Positions 1 through 6,702 of a DNA stretch of 12,168 nucleotides are shown here, piece after piece. The notes beneath the pieces were generated by a model, which was given only the letters and a program-made list of their open reading frames with translations, made no database searches and was not told the DNA's origin. Numbering within the stretch: position 1 is the first letter of the stretch; every line of letters begins with the position of its first letter. The position numbers and the translations under genes are program-made. This stretch comes from Bdellovibrionia bacterium. GTDB lineage: Bacteria; Bdellovibrionota; UBA1018. The DNA is taken from contig JBMSSC010000086.1 in assembly GCA_049424145.1 (NCBI GenBank), positions 1 through 12,168 of the forward strand, written 5' to 3'.

Positions 1-1
1 C

Positions 2-1048
2 TTGTTCGGAAATGCGAACACCATTGACGTAAGTTCCGTTTGAGGAGTCCAAGTCCTCAATAACAAAATTAACCCCTGCTCTTCGCACAACGGTATTTTT
101 TCGAGAGGCTTTCTTATCGTTTAGGACGATATCGCAATCTTTTCCTCGACCAATGATGACTTCATTTTTTTCAATCTCATATTCAGTGCAGTTTGCCGAC
201 CCCAGGGGAAAAACAAGCCGAACACTTAAGGCACTTAAGCCTAGGACTCGAGTCTTAGCGTCATCCGAAATCATCTGGGAGGACTCGACGGACTCCCCAG
301 AATTCTCTTGAAACCCTGAACCCTCGAGCTTGAGCTCAGGGAGCTCGGCATCAGCTGAGTTTTCTGAGCTCCCCTGCAGCGGTGGCTCATCTGAGTTTTC
401 AGAGGAGCCTAAGGATTCCAAGGGGTCTTGAGATTCGACAGATTCTTGAGAATCTACGGATTCCAACCCGACCGCAGGCGAGTCTAAAGCCTGATCAGAA
501 TCCTGGGCAAAGGGATCATCCTGCAAGCCCCCTGGGTTCTTTTCACCTGGCACAGGAGGCTCCTCAGCGGACTCCAGAGGATCCAAATGCCCTTGGGCCT
601 GCACCTGAGAAGGCTCTAAAACTGGCTTCGGCTGGACTCCAGACGGTTGCTTCTCATCAGAAGGTGGCAAGGGAGATGCCTTGGATTCGACTGATTCTTG
701 AGGCGAGCGAGAGTCACCAGAGGCTTGAGAGGACTGAGAATCCTGGGCGGATCCAGAGGGAATCGAGACGCGAATCAGGAAAGATCCAATCATGAGAATG
801 TCATTATTTTTCAACTCTGAAGTAGAAAGATCGGCACCATTGACCTGGAGGTGACCAAACTCGCTTTTTTTCTCAACAAACAGCTGATCCCCTTTAAAGC
901 TAAAAACGGCATGCTGGCGAGAAATGGCCTGGTCCTCCAAGCGAAGGTCAGACTCCTTACCTCTTCCAAGGACCACAGATCCTTCGATCAGGTGATTTTT
1001 GACTTCTACGCCGTCTTTTAAAACGGTTAATTGAGCCACGCGATTCAT
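2..1048 (-). CDS. Tandem FHA-domain protein (FHA - acidic disordered linker - FHA), 3'-truncated by the window edge; not in the ORF track
   Basis: Translated by hand. ATG at 1048 overlaps the upstream TGA (ATGA, 1045-1048), and 349 codons have no stop to the window edge. FHA1: MNRVAQLTVLKDG..VVLGRGKESDLRLEDQAISRQHAVF..QVNG..LKNNDILMIGSF. Ser/Glu/Pro/Asp-rich linker at about aa 97-265. FHA2: VIIGRGKDCDIVLNDKKASRKNTVV..EDLDSSNGTYVNG. Confidence 0.93.
   Translation of the reverse strand, partial: MNRVAQLTVLKDGVEVKNHLIEGSVVLGRGKESDLRLEDQAISRQHAVFSFKGDQLFVEKKSEFGHLQVNGADLSTSELKNNDILMIGSFLIRVSIPSGSAQDSQSSQASGDSRSPQESVESKASPLPPSDEKQPSGVQPKPVLEPSQVQAQGHLDPLESAEEPPVPGEKNPGGLQDDPFAQDSDQALDSPAVGLESVDSQESVESQDPLESLGSSENSDEPPLQGSSENSADAELPELKLEGSGFQENSGESVESSQMISDDAKTRVLGLSALSVRLVFPLGSANCTEYEIEKNEVIIGRGKDCDIVLNDKKASRKNTVVRRAGVNFVIEDLDSSNGTYVNGVRISEQ
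426..461. repeat. Imperfect 18-bp tandem repeat (2 copies) inside the FHA linker
   Basis: tcttgagattcgacagat (426-443) and tcttgagaatctacggat (444-461), 3 mismatches; encodes ESVDSQESVESQ on the minus strand. Confidence 0.7.
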
Positions 1049-2037
1049 GATGAGTCGTTCTCCCCTCGCATGACCTTGAGGATCTTTTGCAACTGATCAC
1101 TGGCTTCAATAAAGGCCGGATTGGATTGATCTCGAGCCAGGAAGCGAATCACCCACTCATAGTGTCCTTTCGCAGAACGAAGTTTGCCTGCTTGCAGCGT
1201 CTTTTTTCCCTGGGAGAGGTGGTGCTTGATTTCCTCTTGAACGGCTTGATTACAGTTCTCCAGGTAAATGGTAGCTAAGGTGTGATTGGGATTAATTTGC
1301 AGAACCGTTTCAAAATGGGATTTTGCACGTCCATAGTTGCGCTCAAAATACTCGCGCATCCCATCCTTAAATAAGGTTTCAACCGTTCGATTGTAGTCTG
1401 AAGTAGGCAGGTAGGAGGCCAAGTCACGATTCTTCTCAGCCGATGGCTCTTTTTTCTTCTGTGAGGAAGGGCTCTTGGAACTGGGCTCATCCATCAGAAG
1501 AACAAACAAGGCAACGATTCCAACTCCATAGAGCAGAATCTTGCTTCCACCGGATTTCGATTCACTCGCTGGGCTGTAGCCTGATGCACTGCCAAAGCCC
1601 ACCGCTTGACGGCGAGCATCGTCAAAAGCCTTTTGCTGTCTTAGGACTTGATCCATGGAACGCGCAGGAGCCATGATCAGGCCCGTTCCTGCTTCTTCCG
1701 GAACAAACTCAAAAGTGGTTTCACCTAAACTGATGACGTCACTCCACCTAAGCTTGGCCTTCTCCACTCGTTCCCCGTTCAGCAGAACACCGTTGGCGCT
1801 TTTTTGATCTAAAAGCACCCAACCTCCTGAACCTGTAAAGCTGATCTGAGCGTGCACACGTGAGGCCTTTAAATCCGAAATCACCACATCGTTTTCGTCT
1901 CCCCGACCAATAGAGACACGTCCCCCTAGGATGGCAAACACACAACCAAAATCAGGTCCTTGGATGACCTTCAACCGGGCTCGCTCGCCTGCTTGCTTCG
2001 GCAGATTGGATTGTCGGAACTTCACTGCGTTTTTCAT
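1045..2037 (-). CDS. FHA domain - single TM helix - TPR-like membrane protein
   Basis: FHA motifs IGRGDENDVVISDLKASRVHA and DQKSANGVLLNG; hydrophobic segment ILLYGVGIVALFVLLM; TPR-like helices LFKDGMREYFERNYGRAKSHFETVLQINPNH and HLSQGKKTLQAGKLRSAKGHYEWVI. Confidence 0.9.
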   Translation of the reverse strand: MKNAVKFRQSNLPKQAGERARLKVIQGPDFGCVFAILGGRVSIGRGDENDVVISDLKASRVHAQISFTGSGGWVLLDQKSANGVLLNGERVEKAKLRWSDVISLGETTFEFVPEEAGTGLIMAPARSMDQVLRQQKAFDDARRQAVGFGSASGYSPASESKSGGSKILLYGVGIVALFVLLMDEPSSKSPSSQKKKEPSAEKNRDLASYLPTSDYNRTVETLFKDGMREYFERNYGRAKSHFETVLQINPNHTLATIYLENCNQAVQEEIKHHLSQGKKTLQAGKLRSAKGHYEWVIRFLARDQSNPAFIEASDQLQKILKVMRGENDSS

Positions 2038-2058
2038 TCGCGTCTTTTCAATTCATTT

Positions 2059-3687
2059 CTATTCCACCCGCGTGGTTGCCATCACAAAACATTGAGCCAT
2101 TGCTCCGGATGCCCCAATCGCACCAAAATGCACCTTGCAGGGAACTCCGGAGAAATCAAAATCCTCAGTGAGCGATTCTGAGCCACTTAATACTCGACTC
2201 ATCAGATCTGAAACGAACGCTCCTAAGGCCTGATCCCGAGCCACCGATGAAATCTCCTGACCTAAGGCATTATCCTGACGAATGCCACTCATCTCCTCAA
2301 AAACGGAATTAACAAATAAGATCTTTTTTTCTGAGTCAAAGAGAACCATTCCGAAGTTCGCTAACTGCCCAAGAGCCTTTAAAGGGGCTGCAATCTCAGA
2401 GGAGGACAAGGAGGCGGAGGCCGCTGAGTCACCGCCTGATCCCGATCGAGACACCCGTTGAATCATTGAATTAATGATCTCCCAAAGCGAATCTAATTCT
2501 TCGATTTTAAACTCATGAGTGACCTGTGAAATCGATCCTTTCAGCGCCCGATCAATATCTTCATTGAGAACTTGAAATGGCTTGAGGGTAATTTTGTAGA
2601 GAATTAAGAAAATCACCCCTAAAATCATCGCAGTAAAACATAAGACCTCAGAATAGACCACGCCCATCTCACCGAGGTCGGGTGTGGCCACGGAGAGATC
2701 CATGGAAACTAACGCCATAGCAACCACGACATTACGAGCCACATTGGGGTTGTAGACTTTGATCGGTTCAATTGCCACCAAAGTCGTGTCGTTGGGAGTT
2801 ACCCAGTACCCGGTTTCTTTTCCCGCGCGAAACCGATCCCGAGCATTAACAGCGGCTGCCCCCTCCACCCCTCCTGCCAGGTACTGATTCAAACGGCTTG
2901 ATGGGGCAATGATTCGACTATCCAAATCAATGAGCACAGCGGAGCGGACCCCTTCGGCCGTTTCAATGATTCCAATCTCACTTTTCGTCTCCATCCGATT
3001 GGCCAAAAATGGCGCATTCGTCTCTGCAATCTGCTTAGCCATAAACGAAGCCCTGCGACCGATTTCTCTTGTAAGACTCACACGATTGGACTCCAGCAGT
3101 GGGTAAACAGAAACGGTGAGATTTAAAAGAGCAAAGACCACCAACATCATCACCCCAATGGCTCGCCATTCATAATTGACGTTGATGCCATAAAAAACAG
3201 GCATGATCTGCTTTTCAAAAATCCAAATGAGCTTTCCTTTCAGATCCGTAGGCATGAGCTCCGAGTGACTCAGATCTGAGGAGATGGGAGACAATGAAGG
3301 AGCCTGAGCTCCGAGACCCTCTCCGCCTGAAATCCCCTGAGGGAGAGCATTGAAAACAGGGAGTCTCTTGGGAAGCGGTAAAGGTCGAGCCGTTTTTTTA
3401 AACCCATGGGAGATCTCCAGGACAAACTCACCGATGCTAATTCGATCACCCACTTTTAATTTTTTCACCTTCACCAATGAGCCATTGACAAAGGTCCCGT
3501 TTGAGCTTCCTGCGTCCTTGAGCGTGATGTCATCTTGGTTCACACTCAACACACAGTGACTTTTTGACACCTTTGAGGAACTGAGCACGATGGAGTTTCC
3601 AGGCTGGCGCCCAACCGAGTTTTCCCCCTCGTGCATGACAAAAGAGCTCCCGGGATTCGGTCCTGCCACGATGGTTAACTTATACAT
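2059..3687 (-). CDS. FHA - TM - extracytoplasmic sensor-like domain - TM - HAMP-like - PAS-like membrane protein
   Basis: FHA: VGRQPGNSIVLSSSKVSKSHC..DAGSSNGTFVNG..LKVGDRISIG. TM1: AIGVMMLVVFALLNLTVSVY. TM2: VLCFTAMILGVIFLILY. HAMP-like: ITLKPFQVLNEDIDRALKG..EELDSLWEIINSMIQRV. PAS-like: FGMVLFDSEKKILFVNSVFEEMSGIRQDNALGQEI. G-rich SD (GGGGGA) precedes the ATG, and the gene overlaps the upstream gene by 13 bp. Confidence 0.88.
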   Translation of the reverse strand: MYKLTIVAGPNPGSSFVMHEGENSVGRQPGNSIVLSSSKVSKSHCVLSVNQDDITLKDAGSSNGTFVNGSLVKVKKLKVGDRISIGEFVLEISHGFKKTARPLPLPKRLPVFNALPQGISGGEGLGAQAPSLSPISSDLSHSELMPTDLKGKLIWIFEKQIMPVFYGINVNYEWRAIGVMMLVVFALLNLTVSVYPLLESNRVSLTREIGRRASFMAKQIAETNAPFLANRMETKSEIGIIETAEGVRSAVLIDLDSRIIAPSSRLNQYLAGGVEGAAAVNARDRFRAGKETGYWVTPNDTTLVAIEPIKVYNPNVARNVVVAMALVSMDLSVATPDLGEMGVVYSEVLCFTAMILGVIFLILYKITLKPFQVLNEDIDRALKGSISQVTHEFKIEELDSLWEIINSMIQRVSRSGSGGDSAASASLSSSEIAAPLKALGQLANFGMVLFDSEKKILFVNSVFEEMSGIRQDNALGQEISSVARDQALGAFVSDLMSRVLSGSESLTEDFDFSGVPCKVHFGAIGASGAMAQCFVMATTRVE

Positions 3688-4082
3688 AATCGATCCCCCG
3701 CTTGAAGCTCACATCGATCGATCGTGCCCACTGGAAGTTCGAGAGTCAAAGTCGCCCTTGCATCTCGCACAGGAAGTACCTTCCACGGCTGAAGGTTCTT
3801 TCTCACGGAGGTCACCTCCAAGATGTCCTGCGTGCCAGATGCTTTGATCCTTTTTAGAAACACCACATCCAGAGGAATCTTCATCCACCACATATGAATC
3901 TCGTGACAGGGATCGAGCAGAAGCCCGTGACCTGGATCCAGATTCGAGTGTCCAATGAGTCCTTTGAGTCGACTCAAAAATGAGTTTGCCACGAAGCACG
4001 TATCGGCAACCCAGTGGTTATTTTTGACAGATTGAATACGAATGATTGAATTTTTTGATCTTTTTTGGATGAGAATAGTCAT
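3675..4082 (-). CDS. DUF192-family protein
   Basis: Family-like motifs VANSFLSRLKGLIG, GLLLDPCHEIHMWWMKIPLDVVFL and LELPVGTIDRCELQAGD. Start placed at ATG 4082, just after the tadC double stop (TAA TAA). The ORF-track start at 4127 lies inside tadC. Confidence 0.85.
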   Translation of the reverse strand: MTILIQKRSKNSIIRIQSVKNNHWVADTCFVANSFLSRLKGLIGHSNLDPGHGLLLDPCHEIHMWWMKIPLDVVFLKRIKASGTQDILEVTSVRKNLQPWKVLPVRDARATLTLELPVGTIDRCELQAGDRLCIS

Positions 4083-4092
4083 CCTATGATTA

Positions 4093-5010
4093 TTATTGAG
4101 CTGGAGGATAAATAAAAGAGAGCCCAAAGGGTCCCATAATCATTAAGATCACGGCAGGCAAAATGAACAACGCAACGGGTAAAAGAACCTTCTGAGCGGC
4201 TGCAGCTCCTGCTTTTTCTGCCCGAAGCATTCGCTCCGAACGAATCTGATCGGATTGCTGTCTTAGGATTTTTCCAATAGATGCGCCCATTTGATCGGCT
4301 GAGATCAAGATCGCTACAAATGAGTTCACAGCCGTCATATCAATTCGAGCGGCCATTTCTCGTAACGCATCTTGTCGAGAGGCTCCGACTTTAATTTCCT
4401 TCAAAAGCTGGGCAAACTCTTCCACTAAGGGACTGGGCCTTGCTTTTTCCACAACTTTGCCAATGGCCCCTAGAAAATCGAGTCCTGCTTCAGTGGAGAG
4501 GGCTAGTAGATCGACAATAAAGGGCATGGCTCTTAAGACCTGCTTCTGACGACTTTCGATTCGGCTATTTGTCCATATGTTGGGATAAAACCACCCCACC
4601 ACGCCAAAACCTAAGACGTAGTACCAAGGCACATCGATCATTTCAGCCGCATTTAAAACACCCCCTACGATGGGAAAGAAGAGGATGAGAACGATCTTAA
4701 AGGCAATAAACTCATCTGCCGTCAGCTCCTCTTTGAGGCCTGCGGCGATGATTTTTCTGCGAAAGATTTTTCTTTTCTCATCCCAAAACGGCTTGCCTCG
4801 AATCACAGGCACGACATACTGCGTAAAAATGGGGCGAAGAAGCTTAACTAGCTCGTTACTGGATTTTCGATCCCTGAGCTCATCTAAGTTCTCCTGAGCC
4901 GCTCGGCTTTCTTGCTCCTCTAAAAGCATCCGAGCCAGAATAAACGCCGCAAGCCCAATGAGGGCATAGCTCATAAAAATGACAAACTGACCGCGCTCGA
5001 TGGCATTCAT
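4093..5010 (-). CDS. tadC: Type II secretion system F-family / Tad pilus inner-membrane platform protein TadC
   Basis: T2SSF/TadC signature RQKQVLRAMPFIVDLLALSTEAGLDF..EEFAQLLKEIKVGASRQDALREMAARID..ISADQMGASIGKILRQQSDQIRSERMLRAEKAG..KVLLPVALFILPAVILMIMGP, with several TM helices. Start reassigned to ATG 5010 (MNAIERGQF). The longer ORF-track start (5259) runs antisense into nagZ. Confidence 0.9.
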   Translation of the reverse strand: MNAIERGQFVIFMSYALIGLAAFILARMLLEEQESRAAQENLDELRDRKSSNELVKLLRPIFTQYVVPVIRGKPFWDEKRKIFRRKIIAAGLKEELTADEFIAFKIVLILFFPIVGGVLNAAEMIDVPWYYVLGFGVVGWFYPNIWTNSRIESRQKQVLRAMPFIVDLLALSTEAGLDFLGAIGKVVEKARPSPLVEEFAQLLKEIKVGASRQDALREMAARIDMTAVNSFVAILISADQMGASIGKILRQQSDQIRSERMLRAEKAGAAAAQKVLLPVALFILPAVILMIMGPFGLSFIYPPAQ

Positions 5011-5119
5011 AGGTTCCAGTCTGCGTATCGGAGGAAACAGAAAAATTCTCAAAAAAATCTCAAGAAATCTAAAGGAGACCTGAGAAAAATCATGTATTGT
5101 CAAAAGTAAGAGAGAACTC
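5011..5119. promoter_or_regulatory. Divergent promoter region between tadC and nagZ
   Basis: A 109-bp AT-rich gap between head-to-head genes, so it probably holds promoters for both. It contains phased A-tract/TCTCA repeats at 5041-5072 and a minus-strand TCCGATAC (5032-5025) resembling a sigma28 -10 box. Exact promoter elements are uncertain. Confidence 0.55.
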
Positions 5120-6214
5120 ATGTCACTTGTAAAAGATGCGTGCAAAGCAGTAGGCGAACTGTTCATCCTGGGTTTTAACGGCTTAGAATTAAGTTCTGAG
5201 ACCGCCTCCTTTCTCAGTGAAGCTCGAATCGGGGGAGTCATTCTATTTTCCCACAACACCGAGACGCCAGGGCAAATAGCTGAGTTAACAAATCAAATTC
5301 AGGAGTGTCGAGATACCCTTCCACTGTGGATCAGCGTTGACCAAGAGGGTGGAAAGGTTCAGCGCTTTAAAAAGGGATTTAGCCGAATCCCGGAGGCTGC
5401 AGCCATTGGAGCCACGCAATCCCCGAAGCTTGCTTTTGAGATTTCAGAGATCATCGCGCAAGAACTCAAGGCGGTGGGAGTCAACCTCAACTTTTGTCCC
5501 GTTGCTGATATTAATACGGACCCAAAAAATCCCGTCATCGGCAACCGAAGCTTTGGAACCACCGAAGAGACGGTCTCTAAATTTGTTACCGCGATGGTGC
5601 GCGGACACCTGGTGCATGGGGTCCAACCCTGCGTGAAGCACTTTCCTGGGCATGGCGATACGCTGACCGATTCGCACTTTGCTCTTCCGGTGGTGGACAC
5701 CTCGCTTGAACTCCTCAGGGAGCGAGAGCTCAAACCCTTTCAAAAGGCCTTCAAATCCCATTGTTCCATGGTGATGACCGCTCATATCATCGTCAAGCAA
5801 GTGGACCCCAAGGTTCCAGCGACCCTCTCGAAGATCATCCTGCAGGACCTACTCAGAAATGAGCTGCGCTACGATCAACTGATCATCAGTGATGACTTGG
5901 AGATGAAGGCCATTACGGATCATTTTGGAGCCCAGGATGCCCCGAGACTTGCCCTTGAGGCAGGCTGTGATCTCTTCATTTACCGAACCCAAGAGGCTGC
6001 ACAAGTGGGCTATGAAGCCTTGATTCAAGCCTTAGAAAAAGGACAGCTGAATCCAGAATGGGTTCTTCGAGCAGAACATCGAGCTAAGCGGTTGAAAAAG
6101 GAAGTTTTAAGTCGCTACGTGCCGATTTCAATCCCATCCATCGCTGATCAGTTAGCCACTCCGGCGTTTGAACGAACCCTAGAAAAAGTCCTGGAGCACT
6201 CGAGAAAAGGCTGA
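5120..6214 (+). CDS. nagZ: Beta-N-acetylhexosaminidase (GH3, NagZ-type), cytoplasmic
   Basis: GGVILFSHN, ISVDQEGGKVQR, NFCPVADI, IGNRSFG, the NagZ consensus KHFPGHGDTLTDSH (Asp-His dyad) and the nucleophile region ISDDLEMKAI. Single domain with no signal peptide. Confidence 0.95.
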   Translation: MSLVKDACKAVGELFILGFNGLELSSETASFLSEARIGGVILFSHNTETPGQIAELTNQIQECRDTLPLWISVDQEGGKVQRFKKGFSRIPEAAAIGATQSPKLAFEISEIIAQELKAVGVNLNFCPVADINTDPKNPVIGNRSFGTTEETVSKFVTAMVRGHLVHGVQPCVKHFPGHGDTLTDSHFALPVVDTSLELLRERELKPFQKAFKSHCSMVMTAHIIVKQVDPKVPATLSKIILQDLLRNELRYDQLIISDDLEMKAITDHFGAQDAPRLALEAGCDLFIYRTQEAAQVGYEALIQALEKGQLNPEWVLRAEHRAKRLKKEVLSRYVPISIPSIADQLATPAFERTLEKVLEHSRKG

Positions 6215-6252
6215 CTCCCAGCTTCCAGAAATTGCAGAAGCGGAACGTGATT

Positions 6253-6702
6253 CTACTCTTTGTCCAAGTATCGCAAGAGTAAGACCTCCTCGGTCTCCAC
6301 CACACCCCGATGATTGGTGGCTCGGAGACTGACTTGGATAGGTCTCGAGCGGAAGCTCACTTTGAGTTGAAACCTCCCCTCTGAATCCACAGGCACAAGG
6401 CGCTGGTGAGCATAGAGATCAAACTCGGGGCGATGAAACTCCCCTTCTAAAAGCACATAGGTACGATCCTGATTTTTAACCTTTTGTGAGGCAATCGCCA
6501 GCCGGTCCGCATTCCATTTTAGGCCCTCAATCTTTGGACCCAGCAGGGTTCTCCGATGCACCACAGCCGAGGAGGAGGGTGGCTGAGCAGCAAGGTACGG
6601 ACTGAACATCAGCCCAAGAAAAATAGAGATGAGGCGAATCTGAAGTCGCGGCTTAAAACCCAGAATACTCTTGATACAATCCGAACGTTTCTCGAAAAAC
6701 AT
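6253..6702 (-). CDS. Hypothetical exported protein with a probable Ig-like beta-sandwich domain
   Basis: Strong SD (AGGGGAG) 7 nt before ATG 6702. A basic N-region, hydrophobic [16 protein letters not shown] and a likely cleavage before Q suggest a signal peptide. The C-terminal [34 protein letters not shown] pattern resembles bacterial Ig-like domains. It fills an otherwise empty gap of about 400 bp. Confidence 0.7.
   Translation of the reverse strand: MFFEKRSDCIKSILGFKPRLQIRLISIFLGLMFSPYLAAQPPSSSAVVHRRTLLGPKIEGLKWNADRLAIASQKVKNQDRTYVLLEGEFHRPEFDLYAHQRLVPVDSEGRFQLKVSFRSRPIQVSLRATNHRGVVETEEVLLLRYLDKE

Noticed and set aside
223..240. 9-bp near-duplicate cacttaagg/cacttaagc
   Set aside because: Two copies within coding sequence (LSALS), compatible with chance or trivial slippage.
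382..795. 137-aa plus-strand ORF
   Set aside because: It is an antisense shadow of the low-complexity linker of the tandem-FHA gene and has no recognisable motifs.
5098..5103. Perfect TTGACA on the minus strand upstream of tadC
   Set aside because: The sequence at 17-bp spacing is GGTCTC, not a -10 box, so no sigma70 promoter was called.
5011..5259. 83-aa N-terminal extension of TadC in the ORF track (388 aa)
   Set aside because: It crosses the AT-rich intergenic gap and runs antisense into nagZ. The TadC-like sequence starts at ATG 5010.
6221..6241. GCTTC...GAAGC hairpin between the convergent nagZ and hypothetical genes
   Set aside because: The stem is only 5-6 bp with a large loop and no U-tract on either strand, too weak to call a terminator.
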